Assembly (NCBI GenBank): GCA_963830915.1
Contig: CAWHOE010000054.1
Span: 25,907 to 89,906, forward strand
Direction: 5' to 3'
Length of the DNA stretch: 64,000 nucleotides
Origin: a candidate division FCPU426 bacterium
GTDB lineage: Bacteria; Oederibacteriota; Muellerivitia; Muellerivitales; Muellerivitaceae
How positions within the stretch are numbered: the stretch's first letter is position 1; each line of letters starts with the position of its first letter. The position numbers and the translations under genes were made by a program. Below are positions 39,214-49,419 of the stretch, piece after piece. Below the pieces are notes generated by a model. That model made no database searches. It had not been told where the DNA came from and saw only the letters and a list, made by a program, of their open reading frames with translations.

Positions 39214-39245
39214 GGAAAAGCCCTTCCATGAAGGGGCTAAAAAAG
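39214..39245 (-). terminator. Probable terminator after the glycoside hydrolase gene
   Basis: Minus strand AGCCCCTTC-ATG-GAAGGGCT followed by a short T-run. Confidence 0.5.
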
Positions 39246-39291
39246 AGAAAAAGGTGATCCGGTCAGGTTGGAAGGGATGAGGCGGGTCGAT

Positions 39292-41193
39292 TTAGTGAAC
39301 GAGGAATTCCATGTCCTTCACCAAAATTTTTCCCCCGCCCTGGAGTCCGGGAATGTAAAAGTCCACATGGGCGATGGCTTGCATGTCCAGGATGCGATTG
39401 CCGTGTTGGTTCCCCCACTCAGTGCGCAGTTCAAGATCCTCCAGGTTGATCTTGTAGGTTTCCCATTTTCCTGTGCCGGTATAACCAGGGAAGAAATAAC
39501 ATTCGCCATCCGCTCCGTTCACTCCCGTGAAATCGGGCGAGGATTTGTCCTTGTCCCCGGACTCGGCGATATACACGACGAACTTCACGTCCTTGGGGAC
39601 GAAAGCCTTGAACTGGAGAAAGTTGTAACCGGTCAGGTCGACCACGTTCTTTTCCAGCAAGGGCATGACGTTGGGAGGACAGGAGAGGCCGCAGCCCCAA
39701 CCGGTCCCGGATTTGAAGTTGAGGGCCAAGTCGCCTGAGGATGTGTCGGCCTCCATCTGGCCGCCGGTAGCGGTGTCGGCCCAGGGATAGGTGACGAGGG
39801 AACGATCGATCCATAGGAAAGGCCGGGAATCCGGGACCTTCGTTCCTGGCGGGGCCTTGCGGTAATCCTCCCGACCTTCGGCCGCGAAGCTTGTCGGACG
39901 CGCGCTTTCCGCCTTGGCGTGAAAGGTTTGGGCGTCCCGATTGATGCGGGTGTGTTCCAGGGTGAGCAGGGAATATTCTTTATCCTGGGTATCCACCAAA
40001 CCGTAATCGCAATCCTCCCCGTCGAACCTTCCTTTGGGGGATTCGTCCGACCACTCGAACCAGTGAAGTCCCACGATGTAGGGAAGGGATAGCATTTGGG
40101 TGGCGTAGCGGTGAAGATGCTCGGCCCTGTCCTTCTGGGTGGGAACGGAAACGTCGGCCCCATGGGAATTGGGGTCGCCGCTCTGATTCTCCATGGAGCT
40201 GAAGGAATATTCGGTGATGAGGATGGGCTTGCCGCCCTTCACGTAAAAATTATCCATCAACGTTTTGTCGATATCCCCGGATTTAGCGTAATGGTTCACC
40301 GACACCACATCGCAATATTTACCGCAGGCGGCGACCACGTCCCAGGGCGCCTCGCCCGCGAACCGGACCCCCAGGATCAGGTGGTGAGGGTCCACGGCCC
40401 GAAGGGCTTGGGTGGTCACGGAGAAATAACGCTCGGCCACGACGCCGGCCCAGGCCTCGGCCTCCGCTTTTTGTTGGCGGGTTCGGACCATCAGGGTCAC
40501 GGCCCCGTCGAAGTCCTCGAAGCTTTGAAGATTGACCTTCCACAGGTCATTGAATTTGTCCACGTTCCCCTGGTAACGGTCCTCGAAGAATTTCTTCAAG
40601 GCGTCCTTGTTGGGGTCCTCGATGCCGCTGGCCGCGTATTTTTCCAGGAGGGTCTTCTGGTCCCCGGTCCGCCAGCCGAATTCCCCCCACCAGGGGAGCT
40701 CATTGTCCAGGAAGTAGCCGATCAGATTGGGATCGTTCCGGTATTTGACCGCCTTTTGAGCGTTGGTTTTGACGAGGGCCTCAAAATCCGGCGTGAAGAC
40801 CGAATCCAGGACCCTGTCCCAGACGCTTCCCCGGGCGATATAAAGCATGTAGGTGAAGGGAAAATCCCGACCCAACAGGTCCTCATCCGACCAACTGCCG
40901 ATGGTGTTGAAACGCCACTTCCTCAAGCGGGTCATCACCGATCGGGTCCAGGACTTTTTATCGCCCTGGTACTGTTTTTTGACCGGATCGTAGTAAAGGT
41001 CGTTTGGCGCCCGATAGGATTGGTCGCCGATAGCGTTGACGCCCATGGAAAGGAAAGGTTTTCCCGCTGGAGTGAGGAACCAATCCCGGCCCTTCTGGGT
41101 TCCCACGGTGAAGTAGGATGTCGGGGTTTGCGCGTCCAGGGAAAAGGTACCGCACCCCAGGAACAACAAAACCAGGATCCAGGAATTTTTCAT
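39292..41193 (-). CDS. Secreted clan GH-A glycoside hydrolase (agarase/GH50-like) with C-terminal CBM-like domain
   Basis: Signal peptide; W.FNT.G.WS, GYFLDNE (acid/base), PILITE(Y) (nucleophile), VG.HWF.W.D; C-terminal DL.G...L.F and W....I.L.D. Confidence 0.75.
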   Translation of the reverse strand: MKNSWILVLLFLGCGTFSLDAQTPTSYFTVGTQKGRDWFLTPAGKPFLSMGVNAIGDQSYRAPNDLYYDPVKKQYQGDKKSWTRSVMTRLRKWRFNTIGSWSDEDLLGRDFPFTYMLYIARGSVWDRVLDSVFTPDFEALVKTNAQKAVKYRNDPNLIGYFLDNELPWWGEFGWRTGDQKTLLEKYAASGIEDPNKDALKKFFEDRYQGNVDKFNDLWKVNLQSFEDFDGAVTLMVRTRQQKAEAEAWAGVVAERYFSVTTQALRAVDPHHLILGVRFAGEAPWDVVAACGKYCDVVSVNHYAKSGDIDKTLMDNFYVKGGKPILITEYSFSSMENQSGDPNSHGADVSVPTQKDRAEHLHRYATQMLSLPYIVGLHWFEWSDESPKGRFDGEDCDYGLVDTQDKEYSLLTLEHTRINRDAQTFHAKAESARPTSFAAEGREDYRKAPPGTKVPDSRPFLWIDRSLVTYPWADTATGGQMEADTSSGDLALNFKSGTGWGCGLSCPPNVMPLLEKNVVDLTGYNFLQFKAFVPKDVKFVVYIAESGDKDKSSPDFTGVNGADGECYFFPGYTGTGKWETYKINLEDLELRTEWGNQHGNRILDMQAIAHVDFYIPGLQGGGKILVKDMEFLVH

Positions 41194-41366
41194 GCATTTA
41201 CTCCGGGTAAAGGATTGTCCCTCGAGTATAACCAAGCGGTTGGATGGAGAAAAGTAACAAGAACGAACGTTGACGGGTCCTGAAGCGATGTGGATAATGA
41301 CGCCTTCTTCCGGGAAGTCTAGAAATGATGATGACCCAGCCGGAAATTACTCAAGGAGACTTAAAA

Positions 41367-42011
41367 ATGATCAAGAAGTTCGCCGTTTGTTCCGCTTTGT
41401 TGATGTTGCTATCCGTTCCCGTGATGGCGCAAGACCAGCCAGCCGCCGCCGCTCCCGCCGTGACCGCCCCGGCCCCCCAGGCCGCGCCGGTCATGAAGAA
41501 GAAAGCCAAAACCTCGGGCAGCGACGAGGCCGGCATCAAGAAGTTGTTCGAGTCCCTCACCCAGGCTTGGGCCGCGGGCGACGCCAAGGCGTTGGCCTCC
41601 AACTGGGTCAAGGATGGGTCCTTGATCAATCCTTTCGGCCAGGCCGCCTGGAACCGCGAGGATGTGGAACAAGTGGCCGGCGCCGATATCCTGGCCATGA
41701 AGGGAAGCACACAGACCTTCGATGAGTACAAGGTCCGCGTGATCCTGCCGGGCGGGTTCGCCCTGGTGGACGCCACCGCGACCATCGGCGGGATGAAGGG
41801 TCCGGATGGAACAGACGCTCCCACGATCCAATTCCATATCTATTCCGCCGTCGCCAAGCGGGGGGACAGGTGGTATTTCATTTCCCTGCGTCCCTACGCC
41901 TACACCAAACTGCCGACCGCCGCGGACGCCATGGCCGCAGCCGCTGTGCCGACCCCGACCGCTGTGGCGGTCGTCGCGACGCCGACCGTTGGAACCAAGA
42001 GCGCCAAGTAA
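41367..42011 (+). CDS. Secreted SnoaL/NTF2-like (DUF4440/SgcJ) protein
   Basis: Signal peptide; AW..GDA.ALA..W..DG..INPFG; Ala/Pro-rich flanks; RBS AAGGAG. Confidence 0.75.
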   Translation: MIKKFAVCSALLMLLSVPVMAQDQPAAAAPAVTAPAPQAAPVMKKKAKTSGSDEAGIKKLFESLTQAWAAGDAKALASNWVKDGSLINPFGQAAWNREDVEQVAGADILAMKGSTQTFDEYKVRVILPGGFALVDATATIGGMKGPDGTDAPTIQFHIYSAVAKRGDRWYFISLRPYAYTKLPTAADAMAAAAVPTPTAVAVVATPTVGTKSAK

Positions 42012-42026
42012 TACCGGTTTTTACCC

Positions 42027-42062
42027 AAGCCTTCCTTCGCGAGGAGGAAGGCTTTTTTATTT
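42027..42062 (+). terminator. Intrinsic terminator
   Basis: AAGCCTTCCT-TCGCGAGG-AGGAAGGCTT followed by T-run. Confidence 0.8.
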
Positions 42063-42145
42063 CCCGGGCTATTTTTTTTCCTCCATTCGTGGAATCATGA
42101 ATATCCAAATCCATCTGAAAAAACCTTGATGATCGAAAGCCATCC

Positions 42146-43286
42146 ATGAGCCAACCTAAAGTCATCATCATCGGAGGCGGCGTCAGCGGTCTGGCGGTCG
42201 CCGAGGCCCTGCTTCAAAAGGGTATCCGCGCCACCCTTTTTGAGAAAGGAACCTTCGCGCGGGAAGCGTCTTGGGCCGGCGGGGGATTTTTGGACCTGCG
42301 CAGCGCCTCCCGGGTGGACGGGACTTTTTTCGAGTTCTGCAAAAGGTCCTACGACCTTTTCCCTTCCTGGTGCGAGAGGCTCCATCAAGAAAGCGGTATC
42401 GATCCGGAGTATATCCGGTCAGGGAGCCTGGACCTGGTATTGAACCCGGAGGAAGAACAAGCGATCCGGCAAATGGAGAGATCGCATAGGAACCTACGGG
42501 GTCAGCGGAGAGTGGGTCACCCCGGCCAGGGCGCTTGAGTTGGAACCGGGCCTGAATCCTCATATCAAATCGGCTTTTTATGTGGAAGGAACCAGCCAGA
42601 TCCGCCCCCCGCGGTTGGGACGAGCCCTGGTAGAGGCCCTCCGCAAGGGTGGGATTGAATTAAGGGAGAACGAACCGGTTGAGGAATTCGTGCTTAAAGG
42701 GGACAGGGTCCAGGGGGTAAGGACAGCCAATGGCGTCACCCAAGCGGATGAGATTGTTCTATCCGCCGGGCCCTGGTCCGGGGCATTAGCCGGCCAACTG
42801 GGACTTTCCTTATCGACCAAACCTATCCGAGGACAGGTGGTCTTGTTCCAAATTTCTCCGGGACAGGTTCGGCGCGTTCTCTTCAACGGATTGGCCCGGA
42901 ACTTTCTTTATCTCGTACCTCGGCGGGATGGAAGGGTATTCGCCGGCAGTACGCTGGAGGACGCGGGGTTCGAGAAAACCATCACCCCTGAGGGGCTGGT
43001 GAAACTAGGGAGCGGCCCGGTCAGGATGGCGCCAGGATTATCCCCCGATAGGATCGAAACCTCCTGGGCGGGTTTGCGCACTGGCTCGGTGGATGGGTGG
43101 CCCTATTTGGGGCCGGTCCCAAACCGTCCCGGGTTGTGGTTGGCGACCGGTCATTACACCCATGGATTGCTTCAATCGGCCATCACGGGCCGTTTGATGG
43201 CCCAAGTCCTGACAGGGGAAAAGCCGGAGATGGATATGGACGCTTTTTCTCCGGGGCGAGAACCCCACGCCACCGCCGGGTTATAG
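42146..43286 (+). CDS. thiO: Glycine oxidase / D-amino-acid oxidase family (one +1 frameshift at ~42479)
   Basis: IIGGGVSG, ASWAGGG.L, P.RGQ, YLVPR.DG....GST.E, W.GLR....DG.P.LG, ATGH...G. Confidence 0.82.
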
Positions 43287-43357
43287 GCTTTTTCCGGCCC
43301 CCCTAACCTTTTCTTCTTCTATAATAAGCGCTTCATTTTCCAAACGAAGGATGGTCC

Positions 43358-44311
43358 ATGAGCCTTTTGATCACCGGAGCCTATGGTTTCATCGGCAGCC
43401 GTTTGTCCCTGACGCTTCTTGAGAAGGGACACAAGGACCTCTTGCTGGTCGATGAGCCCAAGTACCGCGCCACCCGTTCCTGTGCGAAGGGTTTGGAATC
43501 CCTGCCGGTCATCGATCGAGCCAAACTCTTCGAGGAGTTGCCCAAACATAACGACATCCAGGCGGTCCTTCATCTGGGGGCCTGCACCGACACGGGCAAC
43601 CACGATGAGGCCTATATGTGGAAGATGAACACAAATTACACCAAGGCACTTTGGATTTGGTGCGCGGAAAAGGGCGTGCCGCTGGTCTACGCTTCCAGCG
43701 GGGCCACCTACGGACGGGGCGAGGAAGGCTACTCGGACGCCCATCCGGATATCCCCAAGTACAAGCCGCTCAATGTGTATGGCCGGAGCAAGCAAGAATT
43801 CGATGTCTGGGCCTTGCAGCAAAAGAACACGCCGTCCCGTTGGTACGGCCTCAAATTCTTCAACGTGTACGGGATGGACGAGAACCACAAGGGTCGCATG
43901 GCTTCCCCCATCTTCCACGGCTTCCACGAGATCCAGAAGACGGACAAGATGACACTCTTTCGTTCCCACAAGGAAGGCGTCAAGGACGGCGAGCAGAAGC
44001 GGGACTTCATCTTCGTCGAGGATATCGTGAAGCTTTGCCTGTTCTGCCTGGAGAAATCCCCGGCGTCGGGTATTTACAACGCGGGTACGGGCGAGGCCCG
44101 GACCTTCCTGGACCTTTCCAAAGCGCTGTTCAAGTCCTTGAATAAGGAACCCAGGATCGAGTGGGTCGACACCCCGGAGAAATTCCGTAATGGTTATCAA
44201 TATTTCACGCAGGCGGATATGGGTAAGATGAGGAAAGCGGGATATCAGGAGCCGTTCCTTCCCATTGAGGAAGGTGTCGCCAGATACAGTCGGTGGCTTC
44301 AAAAAAAATAG
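43358..44311 (+). CDS. rfaD: ADP-L-glycero-D-manno-heptose 6-epimerase
   Basis: TGA.GFIGS, HLGAC.DT, YASS.ATYG, PLN.YG.SK, FNVYG..E.HKG.MAS, YQ.FTQAD. Confidence 0.95.
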   Translation: MSLLITGAYGFIGSRLSLTLLEKGHKDLLLVDEPKYRATRSCAKGLESLPVIDRAKLFEELPKHNDIQAVLHLGACTDTGNHDEAYMWKMNTNYTKALWIWCAEKGVPLVYASSGATYGRGEEGYSDAHPDIPKYKPLNVYGRSKQEFDVWALQQKNTPSRWYGLKFFNVYGMDENHKGRMASPIFHGFHEIQKTDKMTLFRSHKEGVKDGEQKRDFIFVEDIVKLCLFCLEKSPASGIYNAGTGEARTFLDLSKALFKSLNKEPRIEWVDTPEKFRNGYQYFTQADMGKMRKAGYQEPFLPIEEGVARYSRWLQKK

Positions 44312-44321
44312 GAGAGGGAAA

Positions 44322-45230
44322 ATGACACCATCCCCCGTCGTGTTGCAAACCAATATCCCCGGCGCCCCGGCGCCCAAAAGGGGAAAGGTTCGGGACCTAT
44401 ACGATCTGGGGGACAAACTCCTGATCGTCGTCACCGACCGTCTCTCGGCGTTCGATGTCATCATGCCCAACGGCATCCCGGACAAGGGCGTGGTCCTCAA
44501 TCAGATATCCCTCTATTGGTTCAAGCAGGTGGAAAGCCTGATCCCCAATCACCTGATCTCCACCGATATCGACTCCTTGCCCGAGCCTTACCGGAAGGCC
44601 AAGGACCAGCTGGTCCATCGGTCCATGATCGTGAAAAAGGCCAAGCCCTTGCCCGCCGAGTGCATTGTCCGGGGCTACCTGACCGGGTCGGGACTGAAGG
44701 AATACCAGAAAACTGGCAAGGTTTGCGGCATCGAGCTGCCCAAGGGATTGGTCGAAAGTTCCCGTATTTCCCAGCCCATCTTCACCCCCTCCACGAAAGC
44801 CGAGCAGGGTCATGACGTCAACATATCCCTGGAGGAAATGAAGAAGATCATGAAGGATGACGCCCTGACCGAGAAGGTCAAGGAGATCAGCCTGGCGATC
44901 TACAAGAAGGGAAGGGACCTGGGCGAGCAGAAGGGCATCATCATCGCCGACACCAAATTCGAGTTCGGCCTGTTGGACGGGAAGCTCATCCTTATCGACG
45001 AGGTCATGACCCCCGATTCCTCCCGTTTCTGGCCCAAGGCCGATTATAAAGAAGGGGTCTCCCAGAAGAGTTTCGATAAGCAATTCGTGAGGGATTACCT
45101 GGAAACCTTGAAGGATTGGAACAAGACCCCGCCCGGACCGGTCCTACCCGAGGAAATCGTCGTTAAAACCCGCGAAAAATATGTCGAAGCCTATGAGCGG
45201 CTGACGGGCAAGAAGTTCGGGGAGTTCTAG
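44322..45230 (+). CDS. purC: SAICAR synthetase
   Basis: [48 protein letters not shown]. Confidence 0.97.
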   Translation: MTPSPVVLQTNIPGAPAPKRGKVRDLYDLGDKLLIVVTDRLSAFDVIMPNGIPDKGVVLNQISLYWFKQVESLIPNHLISTDIDSLPEPYRKAKDQLVHRSMIVKKAKPLPAECIVRGYLTGSGLKEYQKTGKVCGIELPKGLVESSRISQPIFTPSTKAEQGHDVNISLEEMKKIMKDDALTEKVKEISLAIYKKGRDLGEQKGIIIADTKFEFGLLDGKLILIDEVMTPDSSRFWPKADYKEGVSQKSFDKQFVRDYLETLKDWNKTPPGPVLPEEIVVKTREKYVEAYERLTGKKFGEF

Positions 45231-45302
45231 TCTCCTAGGCCGGTTTTGAAACTGTCCGATCATTAGTATAGAATAGGCACCATTCCAAGCAGGAGGACGA
45301 CC

Positions 45303-45782
45303 TTGTACTTCAACTTGTTCATCAATAGCTGGCCCTGGTGGGCCGCGGGATTAGGCATCGGGTTGACCGCTTTGGCTTTGGCCTGGTTCACGGGCAAGCG
45401 TCTGGGAGTCACCGGAGGGTTCGAGGAAGCCTGCGCCCTCGCCTTTCAGGATAAGAAATCCAAGGGAAGCGTTTCGTCATGGAAGTTCTGGTTCATCTTG
45501 GGACTGCCCTTCGGCGGATTCCTGGCCAACTGGGGACACTGGAACTGGACCTGGCTCTACGGCCGGATGGACGCCCTGACCCTGGGCAGCTTGCTCTTCA
45601 AGTTGTTCCTTCTCTTCATCGGGGGGGTGATGGTCGGTTTCGGCGCCCGTTGGGCCGGCGGCTGCGTCAGCGGAAATAGCATCATGGGTATCAGCGTAGG
45701 CAGCAAGATGTCGATCCTGGCGACGGTCGCCTTTTTGGTGGCTGGGATATTGATCACCAATCTCCTCTTCAAGGTGTTTTAA
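45303..45782 (+). CDS. YeeE/YedE sulfur-compound transporter half
   Basis: GG...GFGAR.AGGC.SG; TTG start with AGGAGG RBS. Confidence 0.85.
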   Translation: MYFNLFINSWPWWAAGLGIGLTALALAWFTGKRLGVTGGFEEACALAFQDKKSKGSVSSWKFWFILGLPFGGFLANWGHWNWTWLYGRMDALTLGSLLFKLFLLFIGGVMVGFGARWAGGCVSGNSIMGISVGSKMSILATVAFLVAGILITNLLFKVF

Positions 45783-45783
45783 C

Positions 45784-46296
45784 ATGGCCAAACTAACCCC
45801 CAAAAAGAAAGTTTCCGTGAAAGCCAAGCCAGCCGCCCGAAAAAGTTCCCAAAAAGCCGCCGCCGACATCAACATATTCCCCTTCTTGGGATTCGGCGTG
45901 TTGTTCGGTTATTTCCTGTCCAAGGCCCGTGCGACCGATTACGACACCATCGTGGGTATGTTCATGTTCAAGGACTTCCAACTGTGGGGCGTGATCGCGG
46001 TGGCGATCGCATTGATCGCCGCGGGACTTTTTCTTCTGCGCGTAGGAGGACGTCCGACACAGAATGGAAAAGCGCTGGATTGGCAACCCCTGGAATGGAA
46101 CCCGAGCAGACTCATCGGCGCCTTGATCTTCGGGGCCGGATGGGCCCTGGCGGGGACCTGTCCCGGCACAGCCCTAACCCAGATCGGCGAGGGCAAAGTG
46201 GTGGCGCTCTTCACGGTGGCCGGCATCTTCGTGGGTGTCTGGCTTTATAAGAAGTATCCACCCATGGGCAATCCCAAAGACGACCAGGTTTGCTGA
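45784..46296 (+). CDS. YeeE/YedE-family (DUF6691-like) transporter half
   Basis: G.LFG..L, G..IFG.GW.L.G.CPG. Confidence 0.85.
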   Translation: MAKLTPKKKVSVKAKPAARKSSQKAAADINIFPFLGFGVLFGYFLSKARATDYDTIVGMFMFKDFQLWGVIAVAIALIAAGLFLLRVGGRPTQNGKALDWQPLEWNPSRLIGALIFGAGWALAGTCPGTALTQIGEGKVVALFTVAGIFVGVWLYKKYPPMGNPKDDQVC

Positions 46297-47042
46297 GGAA
46301 CTTTTTAACCGCTTTTGGGATATTCCTGGCTGTTCTAGCTTTGCCTTTTTGGGTCCTGGCCCAGGAAGGGAATACCTGGCGTTCCTCCGATCCCGACACT
46401 TCTGTCGCCCATTTACCCACCAAGATGCTCAACGACTTTCCCAACCTTTTCGCCCCGGAGAACGCCATCCCTTTCACGGTGGGAACCTGGGCGACCGCCG
46501 GCGATTGGCTCATGTTCGATAAAACGAACACCCTGGCCAAGAACTTGAAAAGCCTCAATCTGGATCCCCTGTGGAATTTCGGGGATTTCTACGGCGAGGG
46601 TTGGGTCGAGGGTTTTTCCGCCGTGGGCTGCTGGTCGATCGGCGGCATTGCCCAGGACGCCAAGACCCAGGAATTCGGGAGGGACCTGACGGAGGCCTTG
46701 ATCGAGTCCACCATCCTGGTGGAAGGGCTCAAGTATTCAGTGGGACGTACCAGGCCGGATGGATCGGACAACACCTCGTTCCCTTCGGGCCATACCATCA
46801 CGGCTTTCTGTGTAGCCCCGGTTTTCGAGAAATATTGGGGTCCTGAAGCGGGGATTCCGGCATACGCCTTCGGGGTCGTCACCGCCGCGGCCAGGGTAGC
46901 GGGGTACCATCACTATTTTTCGGACGTGGTCGCGGGAGCGACCATGGGGTATCTAATAGGAAGTTCGGTGGTCTACGGTCACAAGGATGTCTCGGTATCG
47001 GCGGCGCCAGGGCAGGTCGAGGTCAAGCTGGCTTTTGATTGA
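46290..47042 (+). CDS. PAP2-family phosphatase
   Basis: K..VGR.RP, SFPSGH, R....H..SDV.AG. Confidence 0.88.
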   Translation: MLRNFLTAFGIFLAVLALPFWVLAQEGNTWRSSDPDTSVAHLPTKMLNDFPNLFAPENAIPFTVGTWATAGDWLMFDKTNTLAKNLKSLNLDPLWNFGDFYGEGWVEGFSAVGCWSIGGIAQDAKTQEFGRDLTEALIESTILVEGLKYSVGRTRPDGSDNTSFPSGHTITAFCVAPVFEKYWGPEAGIPAYAFGVVTAAARVAGYHHYFSDVVAGATMGYLIGSSVVYGHKDVSVSAAPGQVEVKLAFD

Positions 47043-48768
47043 TGTTTTCCAGCCGTTCCAGTTCTTTTTCCACTTCCACCATCAAGGGTTCGATCATTCC
47101 CAGGCTGAAATCGAAGCGAATACCCGCTGACTTGAATATCTCGGGCAAGGACTGGCTTCCGCCCACGGATAAGCCCTGCTTGTAGAGACGGACGCCTTCC
47201 TTCTTGTCCTTCCTGAAATTATTCCAGACCTGGAGAGCGCCCAATTGGGCGATGGCGTATTCGATGTAATAAAAGGGTATCTCGAAGATATGCAGTTGCC
47301 GGTGCCAGAGCGAAGCCCGTATATCTTCCAAACCGGACCAATCCTCCGTGCCGCCGAAACGCTTGCGAAGATCGACCCAGTGGGCCGACCTTTGCTCTCG
47401 GGTGTGATCGGGGTGGGTGTAGATCCAATGTTGGAAAGCGTCGATGGTGGCGATCCAGGGAAGCAGGACGATCACGTCCTCCAGGTGGCGGATGACGGAA
47501 CGGGCCGCGTCCTTCGGGTCGGGATAGAACTCGCCGAGGTAGGGGTCCGCCATCAACTCCATGCTCATGGAAGCCACCTCACAGAACTCAATGGGAGCGT
47601 GGCGGTAGAAAGAAAAAGGGATTTTCCGCGAGGCGAAGCTGTGCATGGCATGGCCGCCCTCGTGCAATAAAGTGCGAACGTCGTTATCCAACCCCACCGA
47701 GTTCATGAAGATGAAGGGAAGACGGACTTCCTCCAAATTGCTTTGGTAGCCGCCGGGAGCCTTGCCCTTACGGGATTCCAGGTCCAACAGTCCCAGCTCC
47801 CGCATGGTCCGGAAGTTCTTCCCGAATTCCTCATCCACTTTTCCCAGGATGGACTCACAGCCAGCCATGAGTTTTTCCGTGTCCGCAAAAGGTCTCAGAG
47901 GAGCCTTGCCTTCCGGGTCCACTGAAAGATCCCAGGGTCTCAAGGTGCTTATTCCCATTTTCTTGGCTCGTTTGCGCTGGATCTTATCCACCAAAGGCTT
48001 GATGAGTTTTTCGGCGCTCTCGTGGAAGGCCTGACAGTCCTTGGGGCCATAGTCGAAACGTTCCAGTCTCTGGAACCGATAGTCCCGGTAATTATCGAAT
48101 CCCGCGTTCTTCGATATCCGGGAGCGGAACCCCAACATCCGGTCGAAAAGATCCTCAAAAGCGTCCTTTTCCTCCAGCCGACGCTTGGCTACCAAACGCC
48201 AGGCCTCTTCCCTTTGCCGGCGGTCGGTGGATTCCAGGTAACGGCCCATCTGCTGAAGGGTCTGTTCTTTCCCTTCGTATTGGACGGTCAGGGTTCCGCT
48301 CAGTTTCTGGTATTCCTGGGAGAGCTTTTCCACCTCGGTTTCCAGTGGGATGTTCTCTTCCCGATAGAGGGCCAACTGGGTCTTGACCGAGCGGTCGAAA
48401 AGGGAAGTATCCTTTTCCGGAAGTTCGGAACGATGGGGGCAATCCCAATATTTCTTCATCAATGAAAAGGTACGGGGTTTGGAGGGTTCGGCGATCTTTT
48501 CCAGGAATTCCAGATAGCTTTTCTCGATCTGGGGATCATCGGTCTGGCAGGTCATGCGGATATAGCGCAGGGAGCCTTCTTCAGCCAAGGCGTCCTCGAA
48601 CTCGCCCCAATCATTAAGCCACCGCTTCAGGTCCTCTTTCGAGGAGAGTGGGCGTTTTTCCAATTCATCGAACAAAGGCTCGACCGTGAGCCATTGGCCC
48701 AAGTCCGTCAAGGACGGCAGGTAATGCCGGGGATAAGCGTGGGGTAGGGTTTTCGTGTCGAGCGCCAT
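47023..48768 (-). CDS. M3-family oligoendopeptidase
   Basis: R.GKA.GGY, HEGGH, E..EVASMSME, H....PFYYIEY.IAQ. Confidence 0.93.
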   Translation of the reverse strand: MALDTKTLPHAYPRHYLPSLTDLGQWLTVEPLFDELEKRPLSSKEDLKRWLNDWGEFEDALAEEGSLRYIRMTCQTDDPQIEKSYLEFLEKIAEPSKPRTFSLMKKYWDCPHRSELPEKDTSLFDRSVKTQLALYREENIPLETEVEKLSQEYQKLSGTLTVQYEGKEQTLQQMGRYLESTDRRQREEAWRLVAKRRLEEKDAFEDLFDRMLGFRSRISKNAGFDNYRDYRFQRLERFDYGPKDCQAFHESAEKLIKPLVDKIQRKRAKKMGISTLRPWDLSVDPEGKAPLRPFADTEKLMAGCESILGKVDEEFGKNFRTMRELGLLDLESRKGKAPGGYQSNLEEVRLPFIFMNSVGLDNDVRTLLHEGGHAMHSFASRKIPFSFYRHAPIEFCEVASMSMELMADPYLGEFYPDPKDAARSVIRHLEDVIVLLPWIATIDAFQHWIYTHPDHTREQRSAHWVDLRKRFGGTEDWSGLEDIRASLWHRQLHIFEIPFYYIEYAIAQLGALQVWNNFRKDKKEGVRLYKQGLSVGGSQSLPEIFKSAGIRFDFSLGMIEPLMVEVEKELERLENINQKPA

Positions 48769-48858
48769 AGGACCGACACTCTAACAAATGCAAACTTGGA
48801 AAAAAAGACGTTTGGAGTGATGATGTTAAGAGTTCTTCTGAAACATATGAGGTTCCAA

Positions 48859-49329
48859 ATGCGCTGGTTCATCCTGGGATGCTGCTTATGGGGGATTTTG
48901 GCCTGTAACCTGTCGGATCGGGGGCTGGCGAAACTGCAGGTCATCGAGGACCTGACCCTGGGGTTGAGCCTGGACGACGTCAAACAGCAGTGGTTCCTCT
49001 ATTCCACCAAGCCCCTTCAGGTGGACCAGGCCATGAGCTCGGACTCCGATATCGTCTACCGGGGGGTCAGCCGGGACCCGGGCGTCACCAGTTTCTATCT
49101 ATACTTCAATTCCAAGTCCAAGGTCCTGGAACAGGCCGAATGGCGATACCACTCCAGCATGACCGAAGCCAAAGAAAAGGAATTGATGGATTTATGGACG
49201 AAGAAGCTTTGGGAGCCGTCCTATCAGCAACGATGGGATGGGAAGGTCTACGTTTGGAGCGACCGGAAGGCCCGACTGGAACTCTACCTCGCTGATGGTA
49301 TCTGCCACCTGATCCACCGGCTCAATTAA
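48859..49329 (+). CDS. Hypothetical lipoprotein
   Basis: MRWFILGCCLWGILA-C lipobox; GAGGT RBS. Confidence 0.65.
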   Translation: MRWFILGCCLWGILACNLSDRGLAKLQVIEDLTLGLSLDDVKQQWFLYSTKPLQVDQAMSSDSDIVYRGVSRDPGVTSFYLYFNSKSKVLEQAEWRYHSSMTEAKEKELMDLWTKKLWEPSYQQRWDGKVYVWSDRKARLELYLADGICHLIHRLN

Positions 49330-49419
49330 GTTAGAGGTTTCTTTTAGTCAAGGATCTGAATTGAAAAGTCTTTCCTCCGAATGTTCGACTTTTCCCGGAC
49401 CCCTCGTTATAATCCCCCC

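Noticed and set aside
47023..47042. Convergent gene overlaps (also 4069-4072)
   Set aside because: Short 3' overlaps are common and carry no further signal.
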